A program made the position numbers and the translations under genes. Of a stretch of DNA of 64,000 nt, positions 48,548 to 57,236 are shown piece by piece. Positions within the stretch are counted from its first letter, which is position 1, and each line of letters begins with the position of its first letter. The DNA is taken from NCBI GenBank assembly GCA_965200315.1, contig OZ241362.1:1824001-1888000 (forward strand). Reading direction: 5' to 3'. This DNA comes from Candidatus Latescibacterota bacterium. Its GTDB lineage: Bacteria; Latescibacterota; UBA2968; UBA8231. The notes beneath the pieces were generated by a model, which did not search any database, had not been told where the DNA came from, and saw nothing but the letters and a program-made list of their open reading frames with translations.

Positions 48548-49206
48548 GCCTCGCAATCGTCCTCGTCAGCGGTGGGCTCGACTCCTGCGTCACCGCCGCC
48601 ATTGCCGCTCGCCGCGGCCCCTTGGCCTTTCTCCACTTGCGCTATCGCCAGCGCACCGAGGAACGCGAATTCGCGGCGTTTGCCGCCCTCGCGGATCATT
48701 TCCAAGTGGAGACTCGCCTCGTGGTGGACGTCGATTACATGCGCCAAATCGGCGGCTCCAGCTTAGTCGATGCGACCCAGCCCATCCCCGAAAACGAGAC
48801 CGGCCTGCCCACAACCTATGTCCCCTTCCGCAACGCCAACTTGCTCGGCGTGGCCGTGGCTTGGGCCGAGGTCATTGGCGCAACCGACATCTACATCGGT
48901 GCTCACGAAGCAGAGAGCCACTACCCGGACTGCCGACGAGAATTTTTCGCCGCGTACGAGCGCATGGTCGCCGCTGGGACCAGCCCGCAAACCCACATCC
49001 ACATCCAGACCCCGCTCATAGGCTGGGACAAAGCCGCCATCGTCCGCTGCGGCCTAGCGCTTGCCGCCCCCCTGCACCTGACTTGGTCCTGCTATCAGTG
49101 CGAAGACCTCGCCTGTGGCCACTGCGAGAGTTGCCGCATGCGCTTGGCGGGCTTTCGCCGGGCCGGTGCCCACGACCCCTTACCCTACGCTAGTTTTAGT
49201 GAATAG
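48544..49206 (+). CDS. queC: 7-cyano-7-deazaguanine synthase
   Basis: SGGLDS, Y.QR, TYVPFRN, YPDCR, TWSCY...ACG.CESC..R motifs; TTGA overlap. Confidence 0.95.
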   Translation: MSLAIVLVSGGLDSCVTAAIAARRGPLAFLHLRYRQRTEEREFAAFAALADHFQVETRLVVDVDYMRQIGGSSLVDATQPIPENETGLPTTYVPFRNANLLGVAVAWAEVIGATDIYIGAHEAESHYPDCRREFFAAYERMVAAGTSPQTHIHIQTPLIGWDKAAIVRCGLALAAPLHLTWSCYQCEDLACGHCESCRMRLAGFRRAGAHDPLPYASFSE

Positions 49207-49224
49207 AACGGAAGGAGGAATTGG

Positions 49225-50253
49225 ATGGCCAGACGCCGGCCATACACAAAAGTAGTAAAAGAGAAACAGGTTCGCGCCGAGCATGTCCGCGGTATGGGTG
49301 ACATCGTCTTCAAGGGTTTCCAGTGTCTGAATAGTGTCTGTCGAGAATTTATCTTTGTCCGCCAAGACGAGCTCGGCGGCGACTTTGAACTCGTCTGTCC
49401 GAGTTGTAAGCTAGCTATGCGCTCAGGCGACGAGGCTCAGTTTTACGAGTACAAACTGATAGACCAGAGAGACGACTCTATCATCGAAAAAGGCGCGTTT
49501 ACCATTCTACACGACGACTACATCGAGGAAGCACAAAAATACAAATACTGCATCATATGCAATACGATTAAACCACTCACTTTGTTTGACCGCCACAAAT
49601 CTCGCAAGTCGAGGCGTCAGGGCGAATGCAGATTGTGCAAAGCGGTTTACAACTCGATCAAGAACAAAACCCGGTTGACAGATCAACACCGTGAAGCAGC
49701 GCAAAAACGACGAATGTACCTAGATCTGTCTGCAAGTACCAAGATCAATAGCGAGAAAATTTATGAGCGGCTTAACTATCGCTGTTTCAAGTGCCAAAAA
49801 GATCTGAGAAAAGCCGATGCCAAAGAACGGCCTCTCGACCACACATTGCCCATTGTCTATTTATGGCCTATAACAACTGAAAATGCGACACTGCTGTGTC
49901 GGAAACACAATAGCGAGAAATCGAGCCAATGGCCCTCGACCTATTACTCGGACGACGAACTGAAGAGACTATCAATCCTGACAGGTATCTCGTACAATAT
50001 ACTCGCTGGTCCAGCCCATTATAATCCTACAGCAATCGAACACCTCAAGACTACTGAGCAAGTCGATTGCCTGCTGACCAAGTACTCAACTTATATGCCG
50101 GAAATAATCAAGCTACGCAATCGGATTCTGGAGAGCGAAGGCTTTGACTTTTTCGATTATTCCAAAGACATTTCGCCCGATTGGATTTCCCGTGCCAATA
50201 AAGAATACCAGCAAGAGAAAGCTAGTACAAAATCAAATACTGATGAGACGTAA
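49225..50253 (+). CDS. HNH/Zn-finger type IIS restriction endonuclease, SapI/EarI/BspQI-like
   Basis: C..C...K....F..H......Q.EC..CK, R..DQ..E, CF.C.KDL, LDHT.P..YLWP....AT.LC...N..K...P..YY: the pattern I recall from SapI. RBS AAGGAGG; AT-richer than flanks. Confidence 0.8.
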   Translation: MARRRPYTKVVKEKQVRAEHVRGMGDIVFKGFQCLNSVCREFIFVRQDELGGDFELVCPSCKLAMRSGDEAQFYEYKLIDQRDDSIIEKGAFTILHDDYIEEAQKYKYCIICNTIKPLTLFDRHKSRKSRRQGECRLCKAVYNSIKNKTRLTDQHREAAQKRRMYLDLSASTKINSEKIYERLNYRCFKCQKDLRKADAKERPLDHTLPIVYLWPITTENATLLCRKHNSEKSSQWPSTYYSDDELKRLSILTGISYNILAGPAHYNPTAIEHLKTTEQVDCLLTKYSTYMPEIIKLRNRILESEGFDFFDYSKDISPDWISRANKEYQQEKASTKSNTDET

Positions 50254-52909
50254 CCGTCCCCTTGTCCCGGATGCCATGCGATTCGCAGTGGGCGACGCTC
50301 TCGTCGAAAAAATCCGCTGAGCGAAACCATCGCTTGCCGAGCTTACATAAGTGAGCGGCCATATCGCATTTAATGCTTTTGCCCAAGTGCAAAACAAAGA
50401 CGCCATTTGCCTTAAGCCGCTCCCTTGCCTGTTGCAAAATAGGAATATATACGTCAAAACTCTGTTTTTGTCGTTCGTCTACAAAAATAGCTGGACAGGT
50501 GGCAAAGTCGTGCACCGACCAACCGGCAAACCATAAGCGCAACCAGTTGGCGAGGTAAAAGCGGGTGCTGTCGAAGAAAGGCGGCGACGTAACCACAGCA
50601 TCTAGCTGGTCAACCTCCTGCGGCCACCAACCTGCCGCATCTTGGAAGAATATCTTGCCGGGTCGAAAGGTGGCGGGCAAATCTTCGTTTAAACTTCGCT
50701 GCACCTTTGCACACAGGCGGTCAACTAGCCCTCGGTACTCATAGGGACCGGTCGGTTTGTAGGGCGTCAGCGGATGCGAGCGGCGACTGAGAGCGTAAGG
50801 GCGATTGCCATGCAAAATGTGCAGCAATGCGGCAAATACAAAATGCTCATCAGATGTGCATGGCGGCTGGGCTTGGAAGTAGCGACGGGCCAAAATGATT
50901 TCGCGCAAGGTCTGCGCTTCGTAATAGTCGGCAATTTTGCCATTGAATCCAAGCTGCTTGACTTCGGCAATTTCCCGTTCGGTGACCACGCTACCGGCAA
51001 TAAAACGTTGTACTGTTTCTATAACTATCGCACAACCCTGTTCACTGGGGTGTTGTAGCTTCGCGCTGGCAATGGCAAATGCTGCCGGGCTAATCTCAAA
51101 ACCGTAGGCTGACTTGCCGGCTAATGCTGCTTCAAATGGGATGGTGCCAACACCTGCAAAAGGATCCAATACACGCCCTCCGGCCGGAACGAATGTCCGC
51201 ACCAAATGATGGGCAATAGCCGGTTTCAGCTTTCCCGGATATGAGCACAGAGAGTGCCAAGCATGCCCCCAGTTGCGTTTTGTAAAGGGTGCTTGCTGGT
51301 GTGGCAGGTTTTGCTTGCAGCGATCCCATTCGGTACGCCAAACTGGAGTCCCTTCTCTTGCTCTTGTATTGTAGTTCCTTAGCCGCGAATGGTAGTTAAA
51401 AACAAGCAGGGATTGTTTTAACAGCATCCCGCCTCTCGATTTGCGTCGTCTCAGCGTCACATCATCCGTTTGTACAAAGCCCAAGTCTTGCAAACACGCG
51501 GACAACAACTGATCGACGGGGACGTGGATGCCGGCGTAACACGAGTCGCCAATATCGATCGCCACTGTCGCTTCTAGGGTTAAATGCGAGCGAATCGCCT
51601 GAAAAACACCGGTCATCTCGCTAAAATAACAGGCGATCATGCGGGGAATGCGAGCGTCGTAGCCATCTCGGGCGAGCAGCGCAACAATGTTTTCCACGTC
51701 TGGGTGCGACGAAACCGGGGCTTTTGCAACGGTGACATCGTTGATTCCAGCCGTCAAAGAAGCTGCACGAAATCTCGCAAGATCCTCCTTTTCCTTTAAG
51801 CAACGCAAGAACCATAGCTCTATCTTTGTATTGCGAAAGTAATTCGTTCCGTTCACATAAGGCGGGCTAGTTATGACAGTATCGATACCGAGCGGCGGTA
51901 TTTCATCTAATGAGCGGGCATTTTCACAGATTAGTAGCGGCTCCATTTGTAGGCCGTTCACATCCTCGCGAATATCATACGCGATGTGGTCGATATTCTG
52001 GCAAATACCTTCGACGAGTGGAACTGTTTGCCGCGCAAGTTCCTCGGGTGTCTTATAACGCAAATCACCCGCTCGTTTCATCTGAGATGCAGGGACGAGT
52101 GCCGCTAAAATCGCAACCGTAATTAAATCCGCTAACATCTGATCCGCAAAGGCAACTTCATCGACCCACGATCTCGCACACAAAACTTGTTCATAAATCG
52201 GATCCGCAAAAAATAGACTATCGCCAAAGACTTGGGAGTATGCTTGCTGCAATGCGTGATTTCGCGGGAATTTTTCCAAATGCGTCAGCGAGTCCTTTGC
52301 CTGTACGAGTGCAGATGCCAAAGCTAACCGCTGCGTCGATTTCAATCGCCGGACCCGTATTTTAGTCATGCTGATAAACTGCAAGACCGGATTTACCTCA
52401 CAAAAGTAGGCTGTTTTGTCGAGTTCAGCGGCGGTGAAAAACGTGGTTCCCGTTCCAGCAAAGGGATCGAGAATCACTTGGGCATTCGGAGCGTATTTTT
52501 GCAAAATAGATGCTACAAATTGCGTCGAATATCCCTCTAAGTACGGATACCAGCGAGCAAACGGTTCTCGGCGTCCGCCCCTGAAAGTCACAGTCACAGG
52601 ATCGAATAATTTGGCGTCGGCATCCATGATGGGCAGCGAGAGTTGGACGGCGCGTTCTCGCACTAGATGTATCGATTGCTTTAACTGGCGCAAGCAATAT
52701 GTGTTTAACGGCAGGTCACTCGTTTCCGCTTTCGCCACGAGTTCTCGATAATCCCCTCCCAACAACTGACGCAATTCCGCACTGGAAAGATCTTTGACAC
52801 ATTCGTATAATTCCTGAGTCTTCTTGCCAAATGCCAAGGTCAACGACCGTTCCTTTGAGGTGGGGGCCGGGAGATTGGGAAAGTAAACGGCCTTGTATTT
52901 TTGGCTCAT
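50222..52909 (-). CDS. Fused double amino (m4C/m6A) DNA methyltransferase
   Basis: Domain 1 DPFAGTGTT..ITSPPY; domain 2 DPFAGVGT..VTSPPF (motif I before IV in both). AAGGAGG spacing favours ATG 52909 over 52918. Confidence 0.9.
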   Translation of the reverse strand: MSQKYKAVYFPNLPAPTSKERSLTLAFGKKTQELYECVKDLSSAELRQLLGGDYRELVAKAETSDLPLNTYCLRQLKQSIHLVRERAVQLSLPIMDADAKLFDPVTVTFRGGRREPFARWYPYLEGYSTQFVASILQKYAPNAQVILDPFAGTGTTFFTAAELDKTAYFCEVNPVLQFISMTKIRVRRLKSTQRLALASALVQAKDSLTHLEKFPRNHALQQAYSQVFGDSLFFADPIYEQVLCARSWVDEVAFADQMLADLITVAILAALVPASQMKRAGDLRYKTPEELARQTVPLVEGICQNIDHIAYDIREDVNGLQMEPLLICENARSLDEIPPLGIDTVITSPPYVNGTNYFRNTKIELWFLRCLKEKEDLARFRAASLTAGINDVTVAKAPVSSHPDVENIVALLARDGYDARIPRMIACYFSEMTGVFQAIRSHLTLEATVAIDIGDSCYAGIHVPVDQLLSACLQDLGFVQTDDVTLRRRKSRGGMLLKQSLLVFNYHSRLRNYNTRAREGTPVWRTEWDRCKQNLPHQQAPFTKRNWGHAWHSLCSYPGKLKPAIAHHLVRTFVPAGGRVLDPFAGVGTIPFEAALAGKSAYGFEISPAAFAIASAKLQHPSEQGCAIVIETVQRFIAGSVVTEREIAEVKQLGFNGKIADYYEAQTLREIILARRYFQAQPPCTSDEHFVFAALLHILHGNRPYALSRRSHPLTPYKPTGPYEYRGLVDRLCAKVQRSLNEDLPATFRPGKIFFQDAAGWWPQEVDQLDAVVTSPPFFDSTRFYLANWLRLWFAGWSVHDFATCPAIFVDERQKQSFDVYIPILQQARERLKANGVFVLHLGKSIKCDMAAHLCKLGKRWFRSADFFDESVAHCESHGIRDKGTVTSHQYLILY

Positions 52910-52948
52910 GGATTTCATCCTCCTTATTGTTTGAATTGTTTGAAGTAT

Positions 52949-52977
52949 AGACTATCATATTATGGTAGCTTTGTCAA
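52949..52977 (-). promoter_or_regulatory. Putative sigma70 promoter of the methyltransferase
   Basis: Minus strand TTGACA - 17 bp - TAGTCT with extended TGn, followed by a TTCAAACAA x2 direct repeat before the RBS. Confidence 0.6.
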
Positions 52978-53055
52978 GAAATCAACAAAGTTAGGTACAG
53001 AATCCAAGCCCCATGCCCAACAACGCTTCCCCGGCCACTGGTGCGAGTGATCAGC

Positions 53056-53092
53056 GTAGGGGTCGGTGCGGACTGGCCACCGGCCACCGACC
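53056..53092 (+). repeat. GTAG-type REP-like hairpin
   Basis: GTAGG followed by GGTCGGTG...CACCGACC stem. Confidence 0.4.
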
Positions 53093-53146
53093 ACTGTTGG
53101 AACTGGATTCCCATATTCACTCATCACTCACTCAAGGAGCTAACCC

Positions 53147-54730
53147 ATGCTAATCGGCTACGTCAGCGATGAACGCTACATCGCCCTGCACGACGTGCAG
53201 TTTGAGCTTACCAGCGAAAACCTGCACGTCGCAACCCGCTCGCGGGCCACCGGCGAGGTCTTTGCCGACATCCCCCCCGGCCCCTACACCGTAACCCTGC
53301 AAAAAGATGGCTTCGGCCCCAAGCGCGGGCAGGTCAACATCCACCCCGAGCGGCCGCACCACTTCCGCTTACTCGCGCATCAGTTGCTCGGCTACGCCTG
53401 GCCCAAGTGGGTCAAAGCCGGCGAGCAATCCGAGTTCCGAGTCCACTCACTCGAAGCCTACCGCCTCGATTTGTGGCGCTACGGCTGGAAAAAAGAGCAC
53501 ATCTGCCCGCTGGGCTGGTTTGACGAGCACGGACCGCGCGCCACCATGCAGATTACCCCGGACGGCGACTACACCCAGACCGGGGTGATGTGGAACAAGT
53601 TTGGCTACACCAGCCCCTCGCACAAACAGTTCGCCACCGCGCCGGAGCGGTCTGGCCTCTACTACTTCCACGCCAAGGGCGAGTCCGGTGCGTTCTTCTC
53701 CTTTCCTTGGATCGTCGCCCCAGCCGCCCCCAGCGCGGACATCGCAGTCCTCGCCGCCAACATCAACTGGAATGCGTACAACAACTTCGGCGGGCGCTCC
53801 AACTACATTCACCCCGACTGCTTTCCGCCCACGCCGACGATCAATGCCCGCTTGGAACTCAAGCGCTACACCGACCCCGAACATCTCAACTACGACGCCG
53901 AGGACTACGCTGCCCTCTCCTTCGACCGGCCCGAACCGCTCAACCACATTCCCGCGGACGTCGAAATCACCGACCCTATCGCGGGACGCGCGGCCTGCCA
54001 TGTCGCCCCAGCCGAGTGGCGCTTCCTCGGCTGGCTAGAGCGCGAGAGCTTGGCCTACGACCTGTACGCCGAGACCCAATTGCACTTTGACCAGCTCGAC
54101 CTCGATCAGTACAAAGTCCTCATCACCACCACCCATCCCGAGTACTGGTCGCGCAAGATGTACTACGACGTCAAGGCGTGGGTGCGCGAACGCGGCGGCA
54201 AATTCATGTACTTGGGGGGCAACGGCCTCAACTGCGAGGTGGAGATGATCGACGAGCAGACCATGAAGGTCCAAAACGGCGATGTGCGTGTGCAGCGAGC
54301 CAAAGGCCACGAAAGCCGCTTTCACCAGTACAACGAGTCTGAGGCCAACCTGCTTGGCGTGGTCTTTACCCATCCGGGCATTATGACGGCCGCACCGTAC
54401 CAAGTTCTCGCCGCCGACCACTGGATTTTTGCCAACACAGGCGTCAAAAATGGCGATACCTTCGGCGAAGCCAGTCTACACGAGCGGATACCCGGCGGAG
54501 CCTCCGGCCACGAGACCGACAAAACCTCGCCCTTTTCGCCCCCCGGCACCGAAATCGTCGCGCGCGGCCTCAACCCCGACCAAGGCGGCGCGGAAATCGT
54601 CCACTACGAAACGGCCAGCGGCGGCGCGGTTTTTTCCGTCGGCTCCATCACCTATCCGGCCTCGATTCTCGTGGACGAGACCGTTTCGCGCATTACCGCA
54701 AACGTCATCGAGCGCTTTGTCGCGGCATAG
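53147..54730 (+). CDS. N,N-dimethylformamidase large-subunit-like protein with N-terminal carboxypeptidase-regulatory-like domain
   Basis: SGLYYFH, W.AYN.FGGRS.Y, SFDRP, HPEYWS, GGAVFSVGSI motifs; RBS AAGGAG. Confidence 0.82.
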   Translation: MLIGYVSDERYIALHDVQFELTSENLHVATRSRATGEVFADIPPGPYTVTLQKDGFGPKRGQVNIHPERPHHFRLLAHQLLGYAWPKWVKAGEQSEFRVHSLEAYRLDLWRYGWKKEHICPLGWFDEHGPRATMQITPDGDYTQTGVMWNKFGYTSPSHKQFATAPERSGLYYFHAKGESGAFFSFPWIVAPAAPSADIAVLAANINWNAYNNFGGRSNYIHPDCFPPTPTINARLELKRYTDPEHLNYDAEDYAALSFDRPEPLNHIPADVEITDPIAGRAACHVAPAEWRFLGWLERESLAYDLYAETQLHFDQLDLDQYKVLITTTHPEYWSRKMYYDVKAWVRERGGKFMYLGGNGLNCEVEMIDEQTMKVQNGDVRVQRAKGHESRFHQYNESEANLLGVVFTHPGIMTAAPYQVLAADHWIFANTGVKNGDTFGEASLHERIPGGASGHETDKTSPFSPPGTEIVARGLNPDQGGAEIVHYETASGGAVFSVGSITYPASILVDETVSRITANVIERFVAA

Positions 54731-54812
54731 CCAAAGCACCCGTTTGGCCTTATTCATTCAAGTAGGGGCACCGACCGGAATTGTGCTACACAGAAACTGT
54801 GAGGCTGCGACT

Positions 54813-55142
54813 ATGAAAAACATCACCGTATCTATCGACGAACAGACCCACCGGCTCGCCCGCATCCGGGCGGCAGAGTTGGACACCTCGGTATCGGCCC
54901 TCGTGCGAGACTACCTGAGACATCTGGCGGCGGAGCCGGATGCGGAGGGCGCAGCCGCCGAGTCTAGCGAAACCATCTATCAGCGTCGGTGCAGGCTGCT
55001 GAGGGAAGTGCTCGCGGACTTCGATGGGCAGGGTATTGGGTTGCGGATGTCCGACAACCTACCCAGAGAGGCGTTGTACGACCGCGGCGCGGCAAGGGCC
55101 GAGGCTGTCGCCGAGCGCGAGCGGCAGCGCAGCATCTCCTAA
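54813..55142 (+). CDS. Ribbon-helix-helix antitoxin (VapB/DUF6364-like)
   Basis: MKNITVSIDE...RLARIRAAE..TSVSALVRDYL and REALYDR motifs; directly upstream of a PIN gene. Confidence 0.85.
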   Translation: MKNITVSIDEQTHRLARIRAAELDTSVSALVRDYLRHLAAEPDAEGAAAESSETIYQRRCRLLREVLADFDGQGIGLRMSDNLPREALYDRGAARAEAVAERERQRSIS

Positions 55143-55159
55143 GCACTCAGAACCTCGCC

Positions 55160-55574
55160 ATGCGATTCGTAGATACCAATGTCCTGCTGTACGCCGTAAG
55201 CGAAGTCCCGGAGGAGGCCGACAAGCAGGCACGGGCGCGGGAAGTCCTGACAGAACCCGACCTCGCCGCGTCCGTTCAGGTGCTGCAGGAGTTCTATCAC
55301 CAAGCCACCCGGCCAACACGGAGCCGCAGTCTTTCTGGCCATAGAGCATTGCAATTCCTAGAGCCGATTCTGCTGTTACGGATTCAGACCATGACGATGG
55401 ACGTTTTTCTCGAGGCCGTGGCCATCAGCCAACGCTTTCGGCTGTCTTAATTGGGACGGCGCGATCCTTGCCGCAGCACGGGCCCTCGGCTGCGACGCGA
55501 TCTATTCTGAGGACCTCAGTTCGGAACAGGACTACGATGGCCTCCGGGTCATAAACCCGTTCGCAGATCGGTAG
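55160..55574 (+). pseudogene. vapC: PIN-domain toxin, frameshifted
   Basis: FVDTNVLLYA, SVQVLQEFY. TCT-TA(A)T-TGG: a +1 insertion gives TAA at 55448-55450; the next frame continues WDGAILAAARALGC..IYSEDL..VINPF. Confidence 0.9.
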
Positions 55575-55582
55575 GCTTCACA

Positions 55583-55775
55583 GTGCCCACCGACACCTCC
55601 GAACAGGGCCTCGAACGCCTCATCTGCACAGCCGGAAACACAGGGGCGCTTCAAGTAGAACTTTTCAAGCTAAAAAACAACCTCACCAACTCACCAATCA
55701 GACAGTGGCCGACGCGGTCCAGCAGTATCAACGCGACCGCAACCCGCACGAGAAACTGTTCGAGTTGGCCTGCGA
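55583..55775 (+). pseudogene. hsdR: Type I restriction subunit R relic (several fused fragments)
   Basis: MPTDTSEQGLERLICTA, LKNNLT and, in another frame, QTVADAVQQYQRDRNPHEKLFEL. Confidence 0.75.
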
Positions 55776-55995
55776 GCAGGCGAGTGCGCCTTGAGTGCCG
55801 GCGCGGTTTTTTCCGTCGGCTCCATCACCTATCCGGCTTCAGTTCTCGTGGACGAGACCGTCTCGCACGTTACGATGTTTTAATCGGCAACCGGCCGGTC
55901 GCCCCTACATTACAGGAATTCCAATGACGACATAGCCAAAGCACCCGTTTGGCCTTATTTTATGAGTGCTTTAGGCTGTTAGGAGACGAAATTTC

Positions 55996-56349
55996 ATGGC
56001 TACCGAGCCGAGCAAAAACCTAGTGGTTTTTGCCAATCCCCATCCGGATCGCGACTACACAATCGAGCTTTCGTGTCCGGAATTCACTTCGATATGTCCC
56101 GTAACCGGACAACCCGATTTCGGCACCATCCACATCCGCTACGTGCCCGATCAACAGTGTATTGAGCTCAAATCGCTCAAGCTCTACCTGTGGTCCTTTC
56201 GCCAAGAAGGCGCTTACTACGAAGCGGTCACCAACACCATTCTCAACGATTTGGTGGCCGCCTGCGCGCCGCGACGCATGACTGTGGTGGGAGAATTCAA
56301 TGTGCGCGGAGGCATTTCCGCCATCGTGACGGCCGAATTTGCCGCATAG
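55996..56349 (+). CDS. queF: NADPH-dependent preQ0 reductase (short type)
   Basis: [30 protein letters not shown] motifs; RBS AGGAG. Confidence 0.95.
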   Translation: MATEPSKNLVVFANPHPDRDYTIELSCPEFTSICPVTGQPDFGTIHIRYVPDQQCIELKSLKLYLWSFRQEGAYYEAVTNTILNDLVAACAPRRMTVVGEFNVRGGISAIVTAEFAA

Positions 56350-56393
56350 CCCTAAGGCCCGGGGCATATCAATTTATCGAATGGAGACTTACA

Positions 56394-57215
56394 ATGGAAG
56401 AAGTACGCCAAGACGCTGCTGAGACGACAGGAGAAGAAGGATCGGAGGAAAGTAGCGGCCGGCAGGATAGGGCTTGGTTTCCCTACATCACTAAGGTGCA
56501 GTTCGAGCGGTTTCTCTCGCGGCTAGAGACCAAAATTCCCGACCAAATCGACCGCGACTACGTGCGCCCTATTATTCGCACCCCGTCGATGATTCACCGC
56601 TTTTTGCGCGGTATTGAATCCATGCACCTGACCGACCGCGACCAAAAGCCCACGGACCTGCTGCTGCGAATCATCCCCAAGGAGACGCGCAGATTCGCGT
56701 TAGCCGACGTGGTCCGCGACCTGTATAAAGATCTGCTGCCGGAGTGGGAACAAAGCAACGGCAACATGAGTGACGACGCGATTGTCGATTACTTCCGCAG
56801 TCGCACCGGCATGGGGCGCGATTCGGCCAACAAGATGAAGATGTTTTTCAAGTACCTCGTCACCGAAGCCGACTTTGGCACTCCCCCCGATCCGCAAAAG
56901 GAAGCGGCGACGGCTGAACCCGCCCAAGACGAACGCCCGGCATCCCCCGAACCCCCACCCCAAGGGGATCGCAGCACCCGCGAACCCGCCCCCAAGGAGC
57001 GTTCCGGGCGCGACGGACGCACCAAGCGCGGCAGTGCCGAGCGACAAGAGCGACAAGAGCGGCAAGAACGCCCCCTGACCGAGACGCAGCGAGCCTATCT
57101 AGACACCCTCCAGTCCATGGTCCAAGTCAAAATTGACGGCGACTGGGATGAAGACATGATCCGCCTCGTCTTCGACCGCCTAGAGAGGCTCTTCGATCGT
57201 CTGCGGCGAGCCTGA
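56394..57215 (+). CDS. Hypothetical protein, DUF5343-like N-domain plus low-complexity linker
   Basis: PY......FL......P..I..DY, D...PT, VR.LY..L, FF..L..EADF pattern; (ERQ)3 repeat near 57040; RBS GGAG. Confidence 0.55.
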   Translation: MEEVRQDAAETTGEEGSEESSGRQDRAWFPYITKVQFERFLSRLETKIPDQIDRDYVRPIIRTPSMIHRFLRGIESMHLTDRDQKPTDLLLRIIPKETRRFALADVVRDLYKDLLPEWEQSNGNMSDDAIVDYFRSRTGMGRDSANKMKMFFKYLVTEADFGTPPDPQKEAATAEPAQDERPASPEPPPQGDRSTREPAPKERSGRDGRTKRGSAERQERQERQERPLTETQRAYLDTLQSMVQVKIDGDWDEDMIRLVFDRLERLFDRLRRA

Positions 57216-57236
57216 ACCCAAACGCTAAAACATCCT

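Larger units (their letters stand above)
54624..55959 (+). repeat. Direct duplication of the DMFase-like gene 3' end and downstream sequence (54624-54754 vs 55801-55959)
   Basis: gcgcggttttttccgtcggctccatcacctatccggc and catagccaaagcacccgtttggccttatt occur in both copies. Confidence 0.93.

Noticed and set aside
55583-55927. 114-aa ORF as a real gene
   Set aside because: It is a chimera of hsdR fragments and the out-of-frame duplicated DMFase-like tail.
55960-55995. preQ1 riboswitch upstream of queF
   Set aside because: No recognisable preQ1 stem-loop and A-rich tail; the leader is short and follows the duplicated segment.
48544-56349. queC/queF plus nuclease/MTase as a 7-deazaguanine DNA-modification (Dpd) or Qat defence system
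   Set aside because: queC and queF look like ordinary tRNA-queuosine enzymes with host-like composition. No dpdA/TGT-like or qat partners are present, and the R-M genes appear to be a separate insertion.
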